This document shows positions 56,543 to 64,000 of a stretch of DNA of 64,000 nucleotides, piece by piece. This stretch comes from Candidatus Undinarchaeota archaeon (GTDB lineage Archaea; Undinarchaeota; Undinarchaeia; Undinarchaeales; UBA543): assembly GCA_964636545.1 (NCBI GenBank), contig CAZWSR010000001.1, positions 80,007 to 144,006 on the forward strand, written 5' to 3'. The notes below the pieces were generated by a model. It searched no databases. It was not told where the DNA came from and was given only the letters and a program-made list of their open reading frames with translations. Made by a program: the position numbers and the translations under genes. Position 1 is the first letter of the stretch. Each line of letters opens with the position of its first letter.

Positions 56543-56761
56543 TTTTATTCCACCTCCTTTGGACATTCGAAATATTAACAAAAACGGTAAGCTAGAACCA
56601 TATATAAGCATATCGACACGCTTGGTGCCGGTTTTGAGTAGTAAAGTATATATACTAGGATTTACTCGCGTTTTTCCCGCAACAAAAACGATAGCAAGCG
56701 AAGTATTTTTGAAAAGGGTTTTCCCAGTGAAGTATTAAGTAAATTCCCGGAAGAACTGAGT

Positions 56762-57157
56762 GTGGTGAAAAACATGGATGAAATGATAGCGTATCTTAGA
56801 AGATTAGGATTAACAGAATACCAAGCAAGGGTGATGATTGTACTGTTTTGCAAACATGAAACAACTGCAAAAGAGATTTGCAAGTATGGTGGATTGCCAA
56901 ACTCAAAAGTATATCAGGTACTGAAACGGCTTGAGGACAAAGGTTTTGTGTCTTACAATTACACAAGCCCGCGGGAGTATGTTGGAATGAGACCAGGGAA
57001 AGCACTGAACATGCTGTTGAAAAAGCAAGAGAAAGAACTAGATAAGCTGAAAGAATTTAAGAAAAAGCGGATTGATACACTCAAAAAACTAGAGTTGCAT
57101 GAGATAAAAAGAGAGAGTCCGCATCCTATGTGGAGTACAGAACAGTACAAACAATGA
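56762..57157 (+). CDS. TrmB-family winged-helix transcriptional regulator
   Basis: LGLTEYQARVMIVLFCKHETTAKEICKYGGLPNSKVYQVLKRLEDKGFV. Confidence 0.65.
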   Translation: MVKNMDEMIAYLRRLGLTEYQARVMIVLFCKHETTAKEICKYGGLPNSKVYQVLKRLEDKGFVSYNYTSPREYVGMRPGKALNMLLKKQEKELDKLKEFKKKRIDTLKKLELHEIKRESPHPMWSTEQYKQ

Positions 57158-57508
57158 TTACTCTTCTTTCAAATCTAAAATAGCTTTTGCCAAATCCCCG
57201 CCAGATGCTTGAAGAGCAGATTTTGCAGCTTCAGGAGTTGAGCCAGTCTGTGATGTGACCATTTCTACATCGCCTTCATCAACTTCAGCTTCAGCAGCAG
57301 CTCCACCTTCAGATGAACTACCAGAAACCTGATACATTTCCTTACCCTGTACATTCATCTTGGAAACATCAGGATTTGTAATGACAATTTGGGTTCCATC
57401 AGCTTTCTTAATAATAACTTCAGTAGCGTCGATCTCGTCAACACTCATACCGAGTTTCTGCATCATCTTCTGCATATTTCTTGGATTCATGTTCATTCCT
57501 GGAAACAT
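57158..57508 (-). CDS. nac: nascent polypeptide-associated complex alpha subunit
   Basis: NAC domain (MQKMMQKLGMSVDEIDATEVIIK...) plus a C-terminal UBA (EAAKSALQASGGDLAKAILDL). Confidence 0.85.
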   Translation of the reverse strand: MFPGMNMNPRNMQKMMQKLGMSVDEIDATEVIIKKADGTQIVITNPDVSKMNVQGKEMYQVSGSSSEGGAAAEAEVDEGDVEMVTSQTGSTPEAAKSALQASGGDLAKAILDLKEE

Positions 57509-58920
57509 TATTTTTTCACCTCTTTCTTTGTTGCAACTTTCTTAATTATAGGTTTCGGTGCAGGTGGAATTGTGCTAGTGCCAGCAGTTTTGACAATTTC
57601 ACGAGTACTTAGAACATTCAAACCAGGAACTCTTTTCATTCTAAATGGTTTTGTGTGGCCAAGAACAAATTTGATTCCTTTTGAATGTGCATTGTTGATT
57701 AGCACTTGTTCAATAGGAGAATCAATCACGAGTGCCTGAGCAGCGCCGTTTTGCAAATTCTTCATTACACTTGAAAGTTCAGTTAATGGAACTCTTCCAA
57801 TTTCTCTGAAGCTTGCACCAGATTGTTTCAAAAGGCAGGCGTTCTTGCTTCCAGCAATTCCAGAAGCGATTTTTCCAAGTGCCTTGTAGTTTGGCTTGAA
57901 CTCTGTTTTTGGATCTAGAAGCTCTCGAGGAGTTGCAGTTGCTGGATATGAAGAAGCTGGACTTCTCCTATCTGTTCTCTGGGCGTCTCTTCGATCAGGG
58001 GTTCTTCGGTCAGTTCTGTACTCTGTTCTTTGTCTTGAGTATGGTCTGGTTGGAGAACGTGTTGAAACTGATCTTGGAGCATAGGTTGTAGTTGCTTTTT
58101 GGCGCATGACAGTTTCTATTGTTAATTTGCTTCTAAGTGCTTTGATGAGGTCTTTTTGAGTCATTTCCTCAACTTCCATTCCAGATGGAGCTTTTGCAAC
58201 ATATTCGATTTTGACAAATTGCATCAAGCTCTTCAAAATAAGATCTCCACCGCGGTCTCCGTCAAGGAAAACTGTTATTTCCTTGCCAGCGCACAAATCC
58301 TTGATTGATGCGTGGATGTTGGTTCCGCCAACACTGAGAACATTTGGCATGTTTGATCTAAGAAGATTTATAACATCTGCTCTACCTTCAACAAGAATTA
58401 GATCTTTTGCACTGCCGATATCAGGACCGCCTGCAAGTTTTGCAGGTCCGTATTCCTTCAATTCTCCAGTACGAACACTTACTTTGACTTTGTCACTGAG
58501 CTCGTTTGAGCCAGGTGAACCTTGTCCAAGTGAAGAAAGTAGTGCTTTTGCACGGTCAACAACATAATCGCGCTTTGCAGTGCGGACATCCTCAATCTCG
58601 CTAATTGCAATTTTTGAATCGCATGGACCGATTCTTTCAATTGTTTCAAGAGCAGCTGCAATTAAAGCAGTGTCTTCTTTACTGAGCGAAGTTGGAATGT
58701 CAATTGAACCAGTGCTTTTGCCGTCAGCAGAAGAAACCTTGACCTCTATTCGTCCAATTCTTCCGCCTTTTTGCAATTCTCTGAGCTCTAACTCATTTCC
58801 GAGTAGACCTTCTGTTTGTCCAAAAATAGCGCCGATAACATCCGGTCTCTCAACAACTCCAGTTGTCGCTATTTTTGCTTTAATTATGTATTTTGTGGCT
58901 GAAACGCCTATTTTACCCAT
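57508..58920 (-). CDS. dnaG: archaeal DnaG primase (Toprim)
   Basis: VVERPDVIGAIFGQTEGLLG and Toprim ILVEGRADVINLLRSN...VFLDGDRGGDLIL. Confidence 0.85.
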   Translation of the reverse strand: MGKIGVSATKYIIKAKIATTGVVERPDVIGAIFGQTEGLLGNELELRELQKGGRIGRIEVKVSSADGKSTGSIDIPTSLSKEDTALIAAALETIERIGPCDSKIAISEIEDVRTAKRDYVVDRAKALLSSLGQGSPGSNELSDKVKVSVRTGELKEYGPAKLAGGPDIGSAKDLILVEGRADVINLLRSNMPNVLSVGGTNIHASIKDLCAGKEITVFLDGDRGGDLILKSLMQFVKIEYVAKAPSGMEVEEMTQKDLIKALRSKLTIETVMRQKATTTYAPRSVSTRSPTRPYSRQRTEYRTDRRTPDRRDAQRTDRRSPASSYPATATPRELLDPKTEFKPNYKALGKIASGIAGSKNACLLKQSGASFREIGRVPLTELSSVMKNLQNGAAQALVIDSPIEQVLINNAHSKGIKFVLGHTKPFRMKRVPGLNVLSTREIVKTAGTSTIPPAPKPIIKKVATKKEVKK

Positions 58921-59028
58921 TAGTGCCTCCTTTGGAAATTATCTAAAAATCAACATCAAACAATATAGAAATAAATCATTACTGTGCTATTCTAGTGAGC
59001 ATGCATCGTGATTCTATTTCTTTTGAGT

Positions 59029-59304
59029 TTAGTCGTGAGTAACAGCAGATATTGCTGTCTTGACTTGTGACCACAGGCAGTTTATTTCAACAATCTTTGT
59101 TGTTGATGTTTTTCCTGTGATGATGTCGATTTTTGGAATTGTTCCTATATGTTTTTTTATTGTTTTTTTCAGGAACTGTGTGATTTCCGTATTTGCTTTT
59201 CCATTGATTGGCTTGGAATTTACCCAAACCTTGAGTTTGTGATCGCCTAAAACCTGAATTTTCTGTCTTGTTGCGTTGGTTTTGGCAATGACTGTAACTT
59301 TCAT
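59029..59304 (-). CDS. DUF167/YggU-family protein
   Basis: LKVWVNSKPINGKANTEITQFLKK...IDIITGKTSTTKIVEI. Confidence 0.65.
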   Translation of the reverse strand: MKVTVIAKTNATRQKIQVLGDHKLKVWVNSKPINGKANTEITQFLKKTIKKHIGTIPKIDIITGKTSTTKIVEINCLWSQVKTAISAVTHD

Positions 59305-59410
59305 GGAATTGCTCTTAGACCGGTACTAACACCCAGATTCACAGCATGACAAGGTCGTACTCCACTGAGTAACCCTCGCACCGGGCTAAAAAGCAATATA
59401 AATTGGTGGA
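59305..59410. ncRNA. GC-rich leader/possible small RNA upstream of DUF167 gene
   Basis: GC-rich against the background. Contains the D-arm-like TACTCAGTGGAGTA on the minus strand and CTGA/ATGACA words on the plus strand. No complete tRNA or C/D fold. Confidence 0.15.
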
Positions 59411-59436
59411 AAATGAGTATATAATAGTTATGGTGA

Positions 59437-60348
59437 CTAAACTTGTACTGCTTTTATCAAATCCTTTGCAGTTATCATTCCAACACATTTTTCCCCTTCC
59501 ATTACAGGCAAACCACTAATATTGTGCTGAGTCATGAGCTGAGCAGCGTCCTGAAGAGTTGCATTTAGGTCAATTGTTTTTGGTTTGCTCATTAATCGAG
59601 AAATTTGCGTGTTCAAGAAGTCTCTTGAGAATTGGCGAGCGAATTCAAATACTAAATCCTTTGATGTGACTATTCCAACTAAGTGCCTTTCTTGAAGAAT
59701 TGGGATTCTGCGGAAGCTGTTTCGAGCCATTGTTTTGGAAATATCAAGAACAGTTTCACCAGGAGTACCGAAAATGATTTCTTTTGCCATATGATCTTTG
59801 ACCAGTTGGCCGGTGAGGGATTTTGACATTAAATTCACTATTCGCTTTTCAGTAATCATCCCAATAAGTACATCATTACGCTCAACAGGAACTCCGCCAA
59901 GCCCTGTTTTTTTCAAATGAGCTAGGGCATCCTTGAGTGAATTTGAGCTTTTGAGAGCAGTTACGCGCTGAGTCATTATTTCGCGAACTGGCTCATTCAT
60001 TGCAGCTGTTAAATTACCTTGGTGCTTTTCCTTAATGAGGTTGTAGTGTTCTCCGCCGCCAAGGAAATTCATAATGTCTTTACAAGTGACAACTCCTTCA
60101 ATTCTGCCTACAGAGTCAATTAGAAAAACTCGTCTTGTTTGAAGAGAAAGCATTTTTTCTGCAGCATGTTTGATTGTGTCTTCTTTACGCATTGATGCGG
60201 TGTTGCGGACTGTAGCAAGAATTGAACCATCTGGGGACGCATCACGGCGCTTTCGCTCGTACTTTGGACTCCAGTCAAAAGACAAGATTTTATTTTTCAG
60301 ATTTTTGAATGTATTCATGTTATTCAGTTGATTCGCGACAGTTCTCAC
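59437..60348 (-). CDS. protein with four CBS domains
   Basis: Four CBS repeats, 303 aa. Confidence 0.7.
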   Translation of the reverse strand: MRTVANQLNNMNTFKNLKNKILSFDWSPKYERKRRDASPDGSILATVRNTASMRKEDTIKHAAEKMLSLQTRRVFLIDSVGRIEGVVTCKDIMNFLGGGEHYNLIKEKHQGNLTAAMNEPVREIMTQRVTALKSSNSLKDALAHLKKTGLGGVPVERNDVLIGMITEKRIVNLMSKSLTGQLVKDHMAKEIIFGTPGETVLDISKTMARNSFRRIPILQERHLVGIVTSKDLVFEFARQFSRDFLNTQISRLMSKPKTIDLNATLQDAAQLMTQHNISGLPVMEGEKCVGMITAKDLIKAVQV

Positions 60349-60877
60349 AAATAAAGGCTTCGTTCACTTCAAAAAGTTTCTCAGCATAATTTCCACAGGT
60401 TTCACAATTTCCTTCTGTTGGAGAATCGCGGAATGAGATATCTTCGCTCTTTATGTTTGTGAGTTCGCGGAGCGTCTCCATTTCAGCTGGAGCTGCTTTT
60501 ACAATATCGTCTGCAGTTAGGATTCCAATGAGATTTCCCTTGTCCATTACAGGGAGTTTCCTCTTGCCAGTTTTTACAATAAGTTTTGCAACATCCATTA
60601 ATCCTTCTTCAGGTGAAACTGTGATTAATTTTTTAGACATAACTTGCTTGACAAGTATGTCACCAGGATCTTTTTTATGAGCCAATAAACCAACAAAATC
60701 ACGTTCTGTGATAATGCCAACTGGCTTGTGATCGTCTACAACAACTAGACCGCCGATGCCGTTTTTAAGCATTGTCTTGGCTGCATCATTTACAGTGTCC
60801 TCTGGAGTGATTGTAATCACTGGAGAAACCATTACATCTCTAATTGGAATTTTTGAACTTACCATTTTAACCCACAT
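60320..60877 (-). CDS. CBS-pair protein with C-terminal zinc ribbon
   Basis: Two CBS motifs, then CETCGN...CENC. Confidence 0.7.
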   Translation of the reverse strand: MWVKMVSSKIPIRDVMVSPVITITPEDTVNDAAKTMLKNGIGGLVVVDDHKPVGIITERDFVGLLAHKKDPGDILVKQVMSKKLITVSPEEGLMDVAKLIVKTGKRKLPVMDKGNLIGILTADDIVKAAPAEMETLRELTNIKSEDISFRDSPTEGNCETCGNYAEKLFEVNEAFICENCRESTE

Positions 60878-60911
60878 AAGACGATAGTGTGTTGAGGTTT
60901 AAAAAGTTTGC

Positions 60912-61373
60912 TTAAGAAAAATCTTTGGCTACAATAGGAGGAACAAACTGTTGCCAAGGTTGTCCGTTCTTTTTTAATTCTCGAATTTTTGTAGCAGAAA
61001 TTCCGTCAAGAAAGTCAACTTCTTTTACTTCAAACCCGCAGGACTTGATAAAATCAAGTCGGACATTGTCTCCAGAAACATACATAGTATCAAATGGATT
61101 TGCTTTTTTTCTGACCTCATCAGCCCATAGCTGATGGGTTTCTTGATCATTTATGAGAACAATTCGGTAATTTGTTATGTTTTCAGATTGTAGTACTTGT
61201 TCAATTAATTCTTTTCTTTTAGTTGAAGTTAGGGGGTTTTGTTCCGTGATTTCGCTGTTTGCTGAACCAATCCCGATTATGATTTTGTCACATTCTTTCA
61301 AAATCTGCTTAATGACATGCAAGTGCCCGTTATGGAATGGCTGAAATCTGCCAATGAATAATCCAGTTGTCAT
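60912..61373 (-). CDS. nadM: nicotinamide-nucleotide adenylyltransferase (archaeal NMNAT)
   Basis: GRFQPFHNGH motif and ISATKIR. Confidence 0.85.
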   Translation of the reverse strand: MTTGLFIGRFQPFHNGHLHVIKQILKECDKIIIGIGSANSEITEQNPLTSTKRKELIEQVLQSENITNYRIVLINDQETHQLWADEVRKKANPFDTMYVSGDNVRLDFIKSCGFEVKEVDFLDGISATKIRELKKNGQPWQQFVPPIVAKDFS

Positions 61374-61424
61374 TGAAATAACAGCGGGTGTTCTATTTAA
61401 TAAAAGTTTTGATAAAGGGAAAAA

Positions 61425-62111
61425 TTGTTAAAGCAGGAAAGTGTAGTAAGAACTGTGACTGAGAAAGGAATTGTTTCATGGGATAGAATATTTTACATTA
61501 GCGCCGGTCTTGCAGGTTTAGGAATTTTAACTGGATTTTTCAGTGATACAATTTCATTTATTTGTTGGGTTCTTATTCTTGCTTTGTGGAGTGAGATTCC
61601 AGGATTCATTAACATACACCTGAATGAAATAAACATCTCAGAATTCATAGTGGTACTGCTTGCAATACACTTTGGAGGAATACCAATGGGGCTTCTGGCA
61701 GCAGTTTATGTTGCAGCTTTGCCGATTTGTAGCAGAATGTGGAAGCCAGCATTTGCAATAAAGGGAGCAGTTGCCACATTTATTGCAATTTCAACTTCTC
61801 CATTGTTTTATTATTATGTTTTTAATCAGAATTTATTATGGACTTTATACACGTACACAGCTATTTTGTTTATAACATTTGGTTTGTTTTCTTTGTTTTT
61901 GACAACTGGGGCTTTTTTTGAAGACCTTAGGCTTTGTATGATTTCTCTACCTATTGCTTATTTGACAAACTTGATTTATGTTTATGCTCTAGAGGATTGG
62001 GTTGGTGGATGGTTTGTTCCAACACCACACTTCCCAGGCGCGTATAAATTAATAATAATCGCGTTTATGCTAGCAATTGGTGGAGTTGCGATTGTTAATC
62101 GGAAAAAGTAA
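61425..62111 (+). CDS. membrane protein, unknown
   Basis: 228 aa, 6 TM helices. Confidence 0.45.
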   Translation: MLKQESVVRTVTEKGIVSWDRIFYISAGLAGLGILTGFFSDTISFICWVLILALWSEIPGFINIHLNEINISEFIVVLLAIHFGGIPMGLLAAVYVAALPICSRMWKPAFAIKGAVATFIAISTSPLFYYYVFNQNLLWTLYTYTAILFITFGLFSLFLTTGAFFEDLRLCMISLPIAYLTNLIYVYALEDWVGGWFVPTPHFPGAYKLIIIAFMLAIGGVAIVNRKK

Positions 62112-62164
62112 ACTGTAGAGAGTTAAGAAAATTATAATAAGGAGTAAGATTACACTTTACAAAA

Positions 62165-63556
62165 ATGTTTATGAAGAAACAGCTTGGGGAAGCGACACGA
62201 CTTGTTAAAAATGCGAAGAGCATACAGGTTATTACTCACTTGGATGCTGACGGCCTGTCTGCAGGCGGTATTATTTCTCAAGCACTTGAAAGAGCAGGGA
62301 AAAAGTTTGAGATTAAAGCAATTCCGGGAATACACAAGGAAAATGTTGGAGATCTTCCAAAAGCTGATTTAACTATTTTCACAGATTTGGGTTCTGGACA
62401 GCTTGATATTTTAAATCCGCATTTCAAAAATGATAATGTTTTGATTTTAGATCACCATATGCCGTTTGGGAATACATGGAACAAATTAGTTCAGATTAAT
62501 CCGCATTTGATTGGAAAAGATGGATCAAGAGAAATAAGTGGAGCTGGTGTTGCTTATCATTTTGCAATTGAAATGAGTTCTGAAAATGTTGATTTAAGTC
62601 AATTGGCAGTTGTAGGAGCTGTTGGCGATATTCAGAATTTCTGGGGGAAGCTGGAAGGTATGAATGCAGAGATTTTGGATGATGCAGTTGAGGCAGGAAT
62701 TGTTTCAACTGAAAAGGATATTTTGTTTTATGGCAGACATACAAGACCGATTTTCAAAACACTTCAATATTTTACTGACCCATATGTTCCAGGAGTTTCA
62801 AATAATGAAAACGGGGCTATTGCACTGCTTGGAATGCTTGGAATTCCGTTTAAGCAAGATGGAAAGTGGCGGTCGCCAGTTGATTTAAATGAAGATGAAA
62901 AGCGGGCGCTTGCAGATGAATTGATTCGTAGAGCAATGGCAGATGTTCCGCCTGAGTTGATGGCGCATATCCCCGGAATTGTTATTGGAGAGCAGTATAC
63001 TTTAGAGAAGGAAGATCCACGAACTGAACTTCGGGATGCTTCTGAATTTTCAACTTGTTTGAATGCAACTGGACGAAATGATAGACCAGAAGTTGGTTTG
63101 GAAATTGCAAAAGGGAACAAAAAAGAGTATAGAACTGAAATGCTGAGAATACTTGCAAAACATAGGAAAGGTATTGCAACGAGCTTGCGAGTTGTTGAAG
63201 AATCTGGAACCCAAGTTGGGCCAAATGATCATGTTCAGTGGTTTGATGGAGGAGAGGAGATTAGTGCAAAGATTATTGGAACTATTGCAAGTATGACACT
63301 TGGAAGCGAAGGAACTGATCCTTACAAACCAATGGTTGGAATGGCAAGAACTGAATTTGGAACTAAAGTTTCTGCAAGGTGTTCAAGGTTGTTGGTTTTG
63401 AATGGAATTGACTTGGCAACATCTTTGAGAGCTGCTGCTGGAAAAGTTGGCGGAACTGGAGGCGGACACATGGTTGCTTGTGGTGGAAATATCCCAGAAG
63501 GCAAAGAGGAAAAGTTTATTGCTGAGTTTGAGAAGGAATTATTGAGGGAAAAATGA
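62165..63556 (+). CDS. RecJ-like DHH/DHHA1 phosphoesterase (archaeal RecJ/GAN-type)
   Basis: DHH motif VITHLDADGLSA, DHH-core LDHH, DHHA1 GGGH (GTGGGHMVACGG). Confidence 0.8.
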   Translation: MFMKKQLGEATRLVKNAKSIQVITHLDADGLSAGGIISQALERAGKKFEIKAIPGIHKENVGDLPKADLTIFTDLGSGQLDILNPHFKNDNVLILDHHMPFGNTWNKLVQINPHLIGKDGSREISGAGVAYHFAIEMSSENVDLSQLAVVGAVGDIQNFWGKLEGMNAEILDDAVEAGIVSTEKDILFYGRHTRPIFKTLQYFTDPYVPGVSNNENGAIALLGMLGIPFKQDGKWRSPVDLNEDEKRALADELIRRAMADVPPELMAHIPGIVIGEQYTLEKEDPRTELRDASEFSTCLNATGRNDRPEVGLEIAKGNKKEYRTEMLRILAKHRKGIATSLRVVEESGTQVGPNDHVQWFDGGEEISAKIIGTIASMTLGSEGTDPYKPMVGMARTEFGTKVSARCSRLLVLNGIDLATSLRAAAGKVGGTGGGHMVACGGNIPEGKEEKFIAEFEKELLREK

Positions 63557-64000
63557 TATTATCAAATTCTGAAATCAAAAAACTAGTGGATGAGAAAGCA
63601 CTGTTAGAGAATCACGAGGAAAAGAATATTGGTGGTGCTGGAGTTGATTTGCGAGTTGGAAAGTTTTACAGAATGAAGACGGGTGCGAAACTGGGTGTTG
63701 ATGAGCGAGAACTGCCTGAGATTGAGGAAATTTCGGAAGATTGGATTGAAGTTCAGCCATCAGAGTATATTTTAGTTGAAACTGTGGAGAAAGTTAATAT
63801 GCCAAATGATATTGCAGCTTGGATGCGGCACAGGAGCACTTTGCAGAGGAGTGGGGTTGGTTTGTTGACTGCGTTGATTGATCCTGGTTTTAAAGGAACT
63901 CTGACTTTTGGATTACGGAATTTTGGAGCTCATTCATTTAAATTGCAGAGAGGTGCAAGAGTTGGGCAGATTATTTTCTCAAAAATGTCTGGTGCTGGGA
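63553..64000 (+). CDS. dcd: dCTP deaminase, 3' end beyond window
   Basis: LIDPGFKGTLTFGLRNFG...RVGQIIF dUTPase-fold motifs. The start overlaps the recJ-like stop (ATGA). Confidence 0.85.
   Translation, partial: MILSNSEIKKLVDEKALLENHEEKNIGGAGVDLRVGKFYRMKTGAKLGVDERELPEIEEISEDWIEVQPSEYILVETVEKVNMPNDIAAWMRHRSTLQRSGVGLLTALIDPGFKGTLTFGLRNFGAHSFKLQRGARVGQIIFSKMSGAG

Noticed and set aside
59310-59410. tRNA-like segment (TACTCAGTGGAGTA D-arm-like) upstream of the DUF167 gene
   Set aside because: No acceptor-stem complement or anticodon stem could be folded. It is kept only as a low-confidence GC-rich leader/sRNA candidate.

Overview
This 64-kb window is a low-GC (about 35%) archaeal chromosomal segment, probably from a DPANN-like or small euryarchaeal genome. 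Supporting this are an archaeal-type ThrRS, DtdA, DnaG, NAC-alpha, aMBF1, MC1 chromatin protein, Sec61-beta and SD-led genes. Content is mostly housekeeping: partial mvaD, ferredoxin, trxB, gdhA, tmk, a GlmU-like enzyme, argF-carA-carB, smc-scpA, rnhB, dnaG, nadM, a recJ-like gene, partial dcd, and the aminoacyl-tRNA synthetases hisS, argS, thrS and aspS. I found eight tRNA genes by hand: His, Pro, four Arg isoacceptors, Gln and initiator Met. tRNA-His abuts hisS and all four tRNA-Arg genes surround argS; tRNA-Arg(TCT) carries a roughly 137-nt anticodon-loop intron. The most unusual feature is at least five families of short GC-rich or AT-rich octamer-word repeat/hairpin elements. They sit flanking tRNAs, immediately downstream of stop codons, in divergent promoter regions, and in-frame inside dtdA. 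Other oddities are gene remnants (an argH C-terminal fragment, an ACT-domain fragment, a frameshifted archaemetzincin, a resolvase/IS630-type HTH fragment). There is also a secreted protein whose C-type-lectin-like C-terminus resembles a DGR variable region followed by a GC hairpin, but no RT or template repeat is visible in the window. I saw no CRISPR array and no clear defence island. All hand-derived coordinates (tRNAs, repeats, small ORFs) may be off by 1-2 nt.
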